From Naegleria gruberi (lineage: Eukaryota): a stretch of 64,000 nucleotides of DNA. The notes beneath the pieces were generated by a model, which saw only the letters and a list, made by a program, of their open reading frames with translations, was not told the DNA's origin and did not search any database. Positions 36,712 to 46,126 of the stretch are shown here, in pieces. Within the stretch, counting starts at the first letter, position 1. Each line of letters begins with the position of its first letter. The stretch lies in the NCBI GenBank assembly GCA_000004985.1, contig GG738859.1, one strand, 5' to 3'. The translations under genes were made by a program, and so were the position numbers.

Positions 36712-37648
36712 TGCCAGGTAAGTAATTCAACATCAACCTTGTAACTTTTCCATCAACTGCCAATTTTACATCATTTCAGCATCATCACCATCAGTAAAAG
36801 TAAGTAGTTTAGCACCATTTATTCAACATAAATTATTCTAATAACAAAGAAGAAGACTAAATTAACCATAACATGTTTACCAGAAGCCACATATGAAAAG
36901 TTGGCTGACTGTTATCCCAAGGCTGCAGTGGGATGGAAGGATACTTAACGAGCGTAAGTAAGCAAATTGTTAGTTATTTATTTGATTTTATATAGACTAA
37001 AAAGAGAAGTTATGCAATGTATTCGAATTTACTGTAAGCGAAAAGGGATTCCCCAAAATGATACTGCCATGAGTTCATGTAAAGATTGTCTGCAATTAAC
37101 TTTTGGTGAAACATTGTTCAGAAAACATGTTAATGGATTGTCAACGGATACATATAAATACGTGCAAAGTATTGTAAGTGAAGTTTATCCTTAAATTATT
37201 TATTAATTATTTTCCAACAATTAATTAGAGCTATTGTTATGTCAGTAAGATATTCAGCAATCTGTGGAGTTCTTTTAAAAGAAAGAGTCTAATAGAATTA
37301 AAGAAAAAAGAGAAGCCAAAAAGAAAGAAGAATTCCAATGTAGAAGTTTCTAATATAGAAGGGGTTCCATCCTCAATTCAAGCAACAGATATTCAACCTT
37401 CTACCTCTTCACCAACAAGAGAACATGTCAGAGCCAACAATGGTCAATTCTCTTCATTGCAGAGCTATGTTGCAGAAGATGAACAAGTTGTTTTTTTAAC
37501 ACTTGTTAAAGATTGGATCAAAAAACCTGACACAAGAGCAACACAACCTTCAGCAGACGCAATTAATTTGCTTGATATGGAATCAGATGGTGCAGATCTT
37601 TATTCAGATAATGGTCAATCAGACTCAGAAGAAGCACAACAATTGTAA
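36712..37648 (+). CDS. small multi-exon gene of uncertain structure inside the element (ATG at 36712, micro-exons, terminal exon about 37457..37648)
   Basis: ATGCCAG followed by GTAAGT, then several short open segments bounded by GTAAGT donors and AG acceptors. Exon model not resolved. Confidence 0.25.
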
Positions 37649-37739
37649 ATAAATAAATCAGTTTTACTCAAATTATGAAAATTGTAATGGTCAACAGAGT
37701 AAATTAAGGGAAACTTTCAGTCTAATACCAACACACTAA

Positions 37740-37990
37740 AAGCCGCATAGAAACTGAATGTTCACCGAATAGTCACTGAATGTTTACCATATAATAACCG
37801 AATGGTTACTGAATATTTATTGAATAGTTACCCACCAATTTCATTCCTTTACCCAACAATCAACCGACTACCAACCAACTAACACTGAACTAAAACGGTC
37901 AGGCGATTATGGGCTGATATTCGATTAATTTCTGGAAAATCGTTCAGTTATTTTCGGAAACAAGTTGGGGGAAATTAGGGTTGTAGTAGG
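37740..37990. repeat. right subterminal repeat array (YYGAATRGTYAC units plus CCGACTACC)
   Basis: ctgaatgttcaccgaatagtcactgaatgtttacc...ccgaatggttactgaatatttattgaatagttacc, with ccgactacc in inverted orientation relative to the left array. Confidence 0.45.
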
Positions 37991-38077
37991 GTTGTGGATG
38001 GGGTTTAGACGGAACATAGCCAACTAAAAACCAACTATAACACTGTCTATTACCCAAGTACTCCACTCTTAGGAGAG

Positions 38078-39181
38078 TTGGCCACTGTTAAGAATTATCC
38101 ACAAGCATTCAACATCATTTCGGAATGTTATCGAAATCAAGTGGGTGTTCAATATAATGAAGATAAGGTTTTCGAATATGCCATGATGGGATCAGAAAGG
38201 GGTGATTTGATTTCCACATTCTATGTTGGAAATTGTTATAATTTTGGAGTGGGAAGGGAGGTTAATGTAGAACTAGCTATGGAGTGGTATGAAAAGGCAG
38301 CTAATGCTGGTCATGGAATGTCATGCTTTCTTGTGGCAGATAAATGTCATCAGGAAAAGGATTTTGATAATGCAATGAAATGGTATTCGAAAGGAGCAGA
38401 ATTGGGATTGGATTTGTGTTTTCATAGATTAGGATACATGATTGAAAGAGGAGAAGGTTGTGAACGTGATCTAGGAAAGGCATTTGAATGGTTTCATAAA
38501 GCTGCCAATTGTGGAATACCTGTATCCATGTACAGTTTGGGAGTTTGTTACGAAAGAGGAATTGGATGTGAGATTAATGAAAAGAAATCAATGGAGTGGT
38601 ATGTAAAGGCTGCCAGGAAGGGTAATCAACAAGCCAATGCCAAAGTAACATTGAGATGTACAACTGGAATTCGAGGAGATTATGATTTCAAACTTGCATA
38701 CGAATTGTTTTTATTGGATGCAACAGTTAAGAAGACTTTCATTGAATTCTGCTCTTGTTTTGACATGCCCATCTCCAAATTCTACATTGCACAGGAGTTA
38801 TATTATGAAAATGCAAGAAATGATTCTTACAATTCTTTGGAAATTATTGAAATGCTAGAATCAACTCAACAATTATATCAAAGCCAGAATTTGCTAGGGC
38901 TTATTTATTTGGAAGGAAAGATTGTAGAGCAGAATTTTGATTGTGCTTTCAAATTAATTGAGAAAGCAGCAGAATCAAAGAAGGGAAAATGTCTCTTTGA
39001 TTTGGCCATCATGTACCTGTATGGTTATGGTTGTAAAAAGGATTCACTCGAAGCCAGATATCGATTAAAACAATTGGCAATAGAAGAATATCAACCAGCT
39101 ATTGATTTACTTGAAAGGAGTTTCCACTCTGATTTATTGAAGAATCGGCAATATTCTGATTTGATTATTGTTATGAAATGA
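38078..39181 (+). CDS. Sel1-like repeat (SLR/TPR-like) protein
   Basis: Repeated motifs of the form G.G...D...A..WY.KAA..G. Confidence 0.7.
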   Translation: MATVKNYPQAFNIISECYRNQVGVQYNEDKVFEYAMMGSERGDLISTFYVGNCYNFGVGREVNVELAMEWYEKAANAGHGMSCFLVADKCHQEKDFDNAMKWYSKGAELGLDLCFHRLGYMIERGEGCERDLGKAFEWFHKAANCGIPVSMYSLGVCYERGIGCEINEKKSMEWYVKAARKGNQQANAKVTLRCTTGIRGDYDFKLAYELFLLDATVKKTFIEFCSCFDMPISKFYIAQELYYENARNDSYNSLEIIEMLESTQQLYQSQNLLGLIYLEGKIVEQNFDCAFKLIEKAAESKKGKCLFDLAIMYLYGYGCKKDSLEARYRLKQLAIEEYQPAIDLLERSFHSDLLKNRQYSDLIIVMK

Positions 39182-39415
39182 TACTTTTTTTTATTAAGGA
39201 ATTAGTTATATATTCAACATGGTGTTTGTTTCATAACTGAAATATTTTCAAGGTATTTAGAAAGATAACAATTTTACAATTTATTGAAAACTTCTTACAG
39301 AACTGGTTTCATTACTGTAATGACATTTATCACATTTCTGAGAAATAGGGCTTATGCAATAAATCCGATTTAATCTGCAATTCAATAGCATTCATCATCC
39401 ATCATTAAAAAAAAT

Positions 39416-39678
39416 TTAAACGTTTATTAATCGTATGAACCCGACGGGTTCGTCTTGATGATATTACGAATATTAAATAATAAATTCTTTCTTGTTGGGA
39501 TTGCTTTGTTCATTTCTTGTAACTCTGTGGACACAAATACTTGGCTTGAACACCCTATGCTGGAACCCCGGGTAGTATAGGGTACGGTGACTTAACCCGA
39601 CGTAAGTATTGCGGCAACACACTGTGGTCTCAGGGTCAACAGTGTAGTTACTGGGTGGTACGACATTTTTTTTGAGAC
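39416..39678 (+). mobile_element. SINE-like or Pol III-type structured ncRNA insertion flanked by a 17 bp direct repeat
   Basis: Perfect direct repeat ccatcattaaaaaaaat at 39399..39415 and 39679..39695. The 263 bp GC-rich insert has hairpins (ACACTGT...ACAGTGT, ACCCTAT...ATAGGGT) and ends in T8. Confidence 0.45.
39666..39673 (+). terminator. T8 run, candidate RNA polymerase III terminator at the 3' end of the SINE-like insert
   Basis: cgacattttttttgag. Confidence 0.35.
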
Positions 39679-39693
39679 CCATCATTAAAAAAA

Positions 39694-40740
39694 ATGCAAA
39701 AATCAACACTTTTAACCGCCACATGTCTGTTGATGTGTGTATTACTGTCAATTTTGACAGCCTTCTCTGATGCCTCCTTGAGTGGAACATCATCTGAAGC
39801 TTACGCACTTGCTCACGCATCAGCCAGTAAGAATGAAGTTAAAATTGCCTCTTTCAATATTCAAATTTTTGGTTCTTCCAAAATGGAAAAGAAGAATGTT
39901 TTGGCTGTCATTTTGAAAATTCTCTCCAGATATGATTTAGTATTAATTCAAGAAGTTCGTGATTCTTCCGATACTGCCTTTGCTAATCTTGTAAAAGAAT
40001 TGTCAAATTACAATAAGAATGTCAAGTATGGCTCAGCAATTAGTGAAAGACTTGGAAGAAGTAATTCAAAGGAACAATATGGATTTATTTACAATACTGA
40101 TAAGGTAAAAATGATCAAGACTGTTCAATTTAAGGATACAAAAGGATGGTTTGAAAGACCGCCTTTTGCATTTGTTTTTGAATTGAATGCTGCCAAGTTG
40201 AAAGGTCAACAATTTGCAATTCTTGGATGTCATATTAAACCAGGTGATGTTGTCAATGAATTGAATCATCTTGTTGAAGTTTATGATTCATTCAAGAGTG
40301 AACCATTCTATAAGAATATTATTTTGACTGGTGATTTCAATGCTGATTGTTCTTACTTGTCTGATACTGAAATGAAGAAACTCAAATTGTCCACTGATGC
40401 TAGATTCAAGTGGTTGATTGATATGGACTCAACTGTTGCTGATTCTGAATGTTCATATGATAGATATATTGTTCCAGTTGAACTTTCAGCAAAGAAGCTT
40501 TCCAGTGGAGCTCTCTATGAACTCGGTCAAGCTACCGTTTATAGATATGATAAGGATATGAAGATTACTGATGAAGAATTGGTTGAAGATGTCAGTGATC
40601 ACTATCCAATCGAAATGACAATTACTAGCTCTCAAAACATTGGTCTTTCTTCCAAGACTTTGGCTGATTTGGTCTTTGATGATTTGGTTAAGGAAGAAGG
40701 TGAAGACGATTGGAGAAGAATAAACATGAATCCATACTAA
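39694..40740 (+). CDS. secreted DNase I-family deoxyribonuclease
   Basis: Signal peptide, then FNIQIFG, DLVLIQEVRD, LGR.S.KEQYGFIY, GDFNADCSY and SDHYPIE, all hallmark DNase I blocks. Confidence 0.8.
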   Translation: MQKSTLLTATCLLMCVLLSILTAFSDASLSGTSSEAYALAHASASKNEVKIASFNIQIFGSSKMEKKNVLAVILKILSRYDLVLIQEVRDSSDTAFANLVKELSNYNKNVKYGSAISERLGRSNSKEQYGFIYNTDKVKMIKTVQFKDTKGWFERPPFAFVFELNAAKLKGQQFAILGCHIKPGDVVNELNHLVEVYDSFKSEPFYKNIILTGDFNADCSYLSDTEMKKLKLSTDARFKWLIDMDSTVADSECSYDRYIVPVELSAKKLSSGALYELGQATVYRYDKDMKITDEELVEDVSDHYPIEMTITSSQNIGLSSKTLADLVFDDLVKEEGEDDWRRINMNPY

Positions 40741-40800
40741 CTGAATTGTTAATCAATTCGATTGGATTCGAAAATGTTTATTATACACGAATTAGTTTTA

Positions 40801-41400
40801 TTAATAATCAGTTAAATCTGTTAGAATTGAATCATTATCCAATTCGTCATCTGAATCGTCGTCTTGATTCATTTGTGTTTTACCCAATCTAGATGAAGAC
40901 CTAGTAGATGTATTATTAGCGGAATTGAATGAAACATTATTCATTGATTGAGATAATGGTTGTGAAAATGGATTGGAATAATTGAATGTACCAGTTTGAT
41001 AATATGAATTATTGACTCTACAATTAATATTGAAAATTATACTTGGTTGTTGATGTGCTTGTCCATTCCACAGAGATGAAGAACTCATTTCATTAGAGGA
41101 AGTTGAGGATGTGTTACTACTATTGGAGAATGAGGAAGATTGCACAGAGGATGAATCATTAGAATAATGAGGAACATTACCAGTTCCAGAATTAAAGTAC
41201 ACATGAGCCTCTCTCAGTTCTGGACTCCTCTTTACTTGTTTAGTTTGACTCTTTTCAATACCATCATATTGATTCTCACCTCTCTTTCTCTTATTATTGA
41301 ATGAGGAGGAGTCTTGATCTGTGTCCTTACTTTTGGTCATTTGATTGGTTGTTTTTTTTGATGAAATTCTTAATGAAATTGCTCTCATTAAAAAGTGCAT
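40801..41400 (-). CDS. S/N-rich low-complexity protein, unknown function
   Basis: 199 aa ORF with a basic N-terminus, an S/N-rich middle and an acidic C-terminus. Confidence 0.35.
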   Translation of the reverse strand: MHFLMRAISLRISSKKTTNQMTKSKDTDQDSSSFNNKRKRGENQYDGIEKSQTKQVKRSPELREAHVYFNSGTGNVPHYSNDSSSVQSSSFSNSSNTSSTSSNEMSSSSLWNGQAHQQPSIIFNINCRVNNSYYQTGTFNYSNPFSQPLSQSMNNVSFNSANNTSTRSSSRLGKTQMNQDDDSDDELDNDSILTDLTDY

Positions 41401-41675
41401 TGTGTGAAATGTCTTAAAATAACCTTACATCACCAATGAAGATTTACATCAATATCGACCATTGAACAACATCCATACAATTCTAAGATGATTGATTCAA
41501 ATTTATATTCAATACAATCTCCACACAGTTCAAGTTCTTGATTTCCCATTACCACTTGTTTCTCTCAAATTCATTTAAAAGTAATCTTTGGAAGTTTATG
41601 GTCGCATGTTCAATTCTTCCATTTATTCGCTAATTTTTTATTCAATTAAAAATTTCAAAAAAAATGTGAAAAAAA

Positions 41676-42818
41676 ATGTCCTCATCTGTCGGCGCTACTC
41701 TTGAAGCTATCAAATATACTCGTGGATCTTTGGAAATTCTTGACCAATTGCTCATTCCGAAGTCATTTATCTATGAAGTTGTTGATACAACTGAAAAGGC
41801 TTTCCATGCCATTAGAGATATGAAAGTTAGAGGTGCTCCAGCTATTGCCATTGTTGCCGTTTTGACCTTGGCTGTTGAAGCTAACCAACTTTTGCAAAGT
41901 AATGATGCTCTCTTGGCTGATGCTTCTGCTATTGCTAAATTATTTAATGAAAAATTGGATAGATTGGCTGAAAGTAGACCAACCGCTGTCAATTTGTTCC
42001 AAGCTGTTGGTGATTTTAAGAATAAGATTGCTCAATCACTTGAAACTAACAAGACTGGTACCGAAATTGTTCAACTCATCATTGATGAAGCTGAAGCCTT
42101 GATGAATAGAGATATTGAAGAAAATGCTAAAATTAGTGAATGTGGTAGTGATCATATCATTTCAACCAATCCATCGAGCACTACTTTGAAAGTTTTGACT
42201 CACTGTAATACTGGTGCTTTGGCTACTATGAAGTATGGTACCGCATTGGGTGTTATTCGTTTCTTGCAAAAGAAGAATGTTTTGGAACATGCCTTCTGTA
42301 CTGAAACTAGACCATACAATCAAGGTGCTAGACTCACTGCTTTCGAATTGGTCTATGAAAAGATTCCATCTACATTGATTTGTGATTCTGCTGTTAGTTA
42401 CTTGTTCAAGACTAAGAAGATTGATGCTATCATTGTTGGTGCTGATAGAGTTTGTAATAATGGTGATACTGCCAACAAGATTGGTACTTATCATATTGCT
42501 GTTAGTGCTAAACATCACGGAATTCCATTCTATGTTGCTGCTCCATTCACATCTATTGATTTGACTCTTGCTTCTGGTGATTTGATTACCATTGAAGAAA
42601 GAAGTGAAAAGGAAATTACTCACTATAGAAATAATGATGAACGTGCTGTTGTTGAAAATATTGGTGTTTGGAATCCAGGTTTTGATGTCACAACTGCTGA
42701 TTTAATTTCTGGTTTCTTTACTGATATTGGTGTTTTCACTCCATTGACCTGTGCCACTACTGGTAAGAAGTATTACGATTTAAAGACTCAACAAGCTGAA
42801 AAGTTGAAACAACAATAA
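41676..42818 (+). CDS. MRI1: methylthioribose-1-phosphate isomerase (MTNA/MRI1; eIF2B-like family)
   Basis: The full 380 aa length shows the eIF2B-related/MTNA pattern (RGAPAIAIVA..., GADRV.NGDTANKIGTY). Confidence 0.85.
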   Translation: MSSSVGATLEAIKYTRGSLEILDQLLIPKSFIYEVVDTTEKAFHAIRDMKVRGAPAIAIVAVLTLAVEANQLLQSNDALLADASAIAKLFNEKLDRLAESRPTAVNLFQAVGDFKNKIAQSLETNKTGTEIVQLIIDEAEALMNRDIEENAKISECGSDHIISTNPSSTTLKVLTHCNTGALATMKYGTALGVIRFLQKKNVLEHAFCTETRPYNQGARLTAFELVYEKIPSTLICDSAVSYLFKTKKIDAIIVGADRVCNNGDTANKIGTYHIAVSAKHHGIPFYVAAPFTSIDLTLASGDLITIEERSEKEITHYRNNDERAVVENIGVWNPGFDVTTADLISGFFTDIGVFTPLTCATTGKKYYDLKTQQAEKLKQQ

Positions 42819-42987
42819 ATTATTTTCCTATTTCTTTTTTAATATTCATTCCATTACTTATTATCACTTATTATCACTTATTATCATGATGATGACAAAT
42901 AATTATTAATAATAAAACCGATCATCATTATTTTCTTCATGTTCAATTAATCACCATTAATTTGTTAATAATAATAAATTAAAAAAA

Positions 42988-44799
42988 ATGAATTTTCTTC
43001 AATCCTATGGCAGTGATGATGAAGATAATGTAAATAATCAACCAATACAACAACCTAAGCCATTATCATCAAATAGTAATAACAATAATACTTTTACAGC
43101 AGCACCTAATGTTCCTCTTTCCGATAAGAAACAATACATTCTCCCTAAGGATTCAACATCACTTGTATTTAATCCAAAGTATGATGAATTATATGCACCT
43201 AAAGTAGGACCTAAAAATCCATTTGCCACAAGTGATACAAAATTTGATTCGGGATTCATGTTGAATGGCGAGATTAATTCACATAATATGAATACTTATT
43301 TATTTAATAGTCAATATTATAATTACGATGTTTCAAGACAAGGTAATTTATTACCTGGAGGAAGTGCTGAAAGACCTAATTCATCATCAATTCATGTTGG
43401 ATCATCAGCAAATAAAAATAAGAAGAGGAAACAAGATCAACTGGCATCATATTCATCATCAACAAGTAATAATAAGAATGAAAAATACATTGAATTGAAC
43501 GAGAGTGAAGATGCGGAAATTATTTCTGCTTTTGGTGAGGATGCATTCATAGAGGATGAAACAGCTGAGGAACAACATGAAAATATGATTAATGAAATCA
43601 AGTCTCAACACGAGGAACAAATGGCTAGAAGAAAGGAACAAATTAAAGCCCTTAAAGATCAACAATCTGAAGAACAGGATAAAAAGAAAAAGAAGGAAGA
43701 TTTTGGAAAATTACCTGAAATTGCATTCAATGAGGAAACTGAAAAGAAAACATCAACTGAAGGAAAGGATGGATACAGTATTTACCACTTGTCAACTGAT
43801 GTGGATTATCAAGGAAGATCATTCATTTCACCTCCATCTCATCTCAAACCATGTGAATATACTGAGAAGAAATCAGTTCTTCCAAAGAAGTGTATTCATA
43901 CCTATCGTGGACATCAAGATGGTAAAATGGTCACCTCCATTGAATTTTTTCCAGAATATGGTCATCTCTTATTGAGCGGTTCTATGGATTGTACAGTAAA
44001 GATTTGGGATGTTCTAGGCAATAGGGATTGTGTGAGAACCTACGTAGGTCACACCAAAGCTGTCAGAGCATCATCATTCTCCCACGATGGAGCTCAATTT
44101 GCTTCATGTGCCTATGATAAGAGAGTTAATATTTGGGATACCGAAACTGGTAACATACTTCAAACTTTCACCTCTGGTTCGACACCATACTGTGTCAAGT
44201 GGAGTCCTCTCGAAGGCAGACAACATGAAGTTATTGTAGGGTATTCGAATAATAGAATTGTACAATGGGATACTAGGTCAGGAAAGATTGTTCGTAAATA
44301 TGATAGACATACAGGTTCAGTGAATTCTTTGTGTTTCCTTGATGGTGGTAAAAAGTTTGTTTCTAGCAGTGATGATAAATCAATAAGATTATGGGAATAT
44401 GGTGTACCAACTGAGGTTAAGAAAATTGCAGATCCAGAACAACATCCAATGCCATTCTTGGAAGCTCATCCAAATGGAAAGTGGATGATTGCTCAATCTC
44501 TTGATAATCAAATTTTGACATTTGACGCTCAATCAAGATTGAAACAACAACAAAATAAGATATTCAAGGGACATCAAATTGCTGGTTATTCATGTCAAGC
44601 TGGTTTTTCAAATGATGGAAAGTTTGTTTTCAGTGGAGATTACACAGGAAATGTTTGGTTTTGGGATTGGAAAGAGGCAAAACAAATCAAAAAGATGCAA
44701 TGTCATGAAGGAATTGTCATTGGTAGTATTTGGCATCCACTCGATCGATCTCTATTTGCAACCTGTGGTAGTGATAGTACTATTAAACTCTTCCAATAA
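42988..44799 (+). CDS. CDC40: pre-mRNA-processing factor 17 (PRP17/CDC40): low-complexity N-terminus plus 7 WD40 repeats
   Basis: The C-terminal half aligns closely with PRP17 (LLLSGSMDCTVKIWDV, PYCVKWSP, KFVSSSDDKSIRLWE, NGKWMIAQSLDNQILTF). Confidence 0.85.
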   Translation: MNFLQSYGSDDEDNVNNQPIQQPKPLSSNSNNNNTFTAAPNVPLSDKKQYILPKDSTSLVFNPKYDELYAPKVGPKNPFATSDTKFDSGFMLNGEINSHNMNTYLFNSQYYNYDVSRQGNLLPGGSAERPNSSSIHVGSSANKNKKRKQDQLASYSSSTSNNKNEKYIELNESEDAEIISAFGEDAFIEDETAEEQHENMINEIKSQHEEQMARRKEQIKALKDQQSEEQDKKKKKEDFGKLPEIAFNEETEKKTSTEGKDGYSIYHLSTDVDYQGRSFISPPSHLKPCEYTEKKSVLPKKCIHTYRGHQDGKMVTSIEFFPEYGHLLLSGSMDCTVKIWDVLGNRDCVRTYVGHTKAVRASSFSHDGAQFASCAYDKRVNIWDTETGNILQTFTSGSTPYCVKWSPLEGRQHEVIVGYSNNRIVQWDTRSGKIVRKYDRHTGSVNSLCFLDGGKKFVSSSDDKSIRLWEYGVPTEVKKIADPEQHPMPFLEAHPNGKWMIAQSLDNQILTFDAQSRLKQQQNKIFKGHQIAGYSCQAGFSNDGKFVFSGDYTGNVWFWDWKEAKQIKKMQCHEGIVIGSIWHPLDRSLFATCGSDSTIKLFQ

Positions 44800-45327
44800 A
44801 CTCGAACAAAATAATTTCAATCTTAATTTATTCTAAACAGAAATATTATAATTCATCTTTCTAATAATATTTAATGAACAGGAAAGAGGGCTATTTTAAC
44901 ATGTTTTGGGAAGGTGTTTAAGTAACTTGTAAACTGTAAGGTGATTAAGGTATCTCACAATAGTTGTCAAGATCCAAAAGAGGATCATGTAGTTGTTATT
45001 TGTAACTTTACAAAAATTATCAGTCAGCACATTTAAGGTCTCCACACGAGGAGTTGGAGATGATTACAATCTAATGTGATAGTTCCTTTAATGAAACTTC
45101 CCAACATGATTTCAAATAATTTCAAATTACATGCCAAAGTGAATTAAAGTCAAAAGACAATACCATTCCAACAACATAAACACTATAATCCACTTTCTCC
45201 TTCGCCTCTTCCTTCAAGTCCTTCCTAATTGACCTCTCCAATATCTTCATTATCTTCAAAAATTAAACTCCTTAGGAAATTTCAATCACCTCAAGGATAT
45301 TTTTACATTTCCAAAACTATTAAAAAA

Positions 45328-45980
45328 ATGAACAAAATTCTTGTTGGTTTGGTTGTTGTGTTGATGATTGCTGTTGCTTCAGTTAGCGCATTGCGTCCTC
45401 TCAAGTTTGCTCCGGTTGCTCCTGCCAGAGCATTGCCAGCTAATGTATTGGCTTTTATTGAAGGCTTTGCTTTGGGTGTTGAAGCTGATAGTATGTAGAT
45501 CTTTGATTCGGATTTTTAAATAATGATATTATTCTGTTACTGATATCTCCATCTCGATTTCATATATTTTCACTACAACTTGTAGTTGGTAATGTTACCC
45601 TCTGTACTCAAGATGCTAATATTGCTTTGGGTGATTTTGAAAATGCCTTCTACTCATTGGAAAATGGTATGAAGAGATTGTCACCAAAGTTGATTGAAAC
45701 TGGTTTGAAGGAATTCGGTGCTGGTGTTCAAGAAGTTGCTATTGCTTTGAAGGCATGTAATGTTAATGAAATTGTTGCTAGAATTGAAGAAATTGCCAAG
45801 GAACTCCAATCAGGTCCTGGAGGAATTGTTAAGGTTATTGTCCATGAAATTGTCAACATTTTCCATAATGGTCGTGATATTGCTAGTGAATTCAAGAAGG
45901 CTATTTCTTTCTGGAAGCTCCAAAAGTGGGAATTGTGCGGTGTTCAAGTTGGTAAGATTGTTGGTATTTTGTTGGAATAA
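45328..45980 (+). CDS. small secreted alpha-helical protein, unknown family; exons 45328..45490 and 45586..45980
   Basis: Signal peptide MNKILVGLVVVLMIAVASVSA. Intron GTATGT..TGTAG joins the two ORFs in phase. Confidence 0.45.
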
Positions 45981-46126
45981 ATTGAACTCAGTTCAGTAAA
46001 TATTTTTTAAATTATTAATAGTTAATATGATTTTTACTGAAAATTGGAGAAATTGAATAAGGTCAATATCTTTTCAAACTTCATAAAGTGAGCAGCTCAA
46101 TCTCAATACTTCACATCACGAATTCT

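Larger units (their letters stand above)
34279..38073. mobile_element. putative DNA transposon (CACTA/KDZ-like) with about 20 bp TIRs and subterminal repeat arrays
   Basis: Left end cctaagagtggatgtagttgg (34279..34299) matches the reverse complement of ccaagtactccactcttagg (38054..38073) at 12/12 plus 7/8 positions. The element contains a 646 aa CxC-motif ORF. Confidence 0.55.

Noticed and set aside
38045-38075. ttacccaagt resembling the nematode SL1 spliced-leader core (TTACCCAAGTTTGAG)
   Set aside because: Only 10 nt match. There is no downstream GT donor or Sm site, and no SL RNA-like gene context. The sequence is part of the element's terminal inverted repeat.
39473-39820. 115 aa minus-strand ORF spanning the SINE-like insert and the DNase I start
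   Set aside because: It crosses a non-coding GC-rich insert and the opposite-strand start of a strongly supported gene. It has no coding-like composition.
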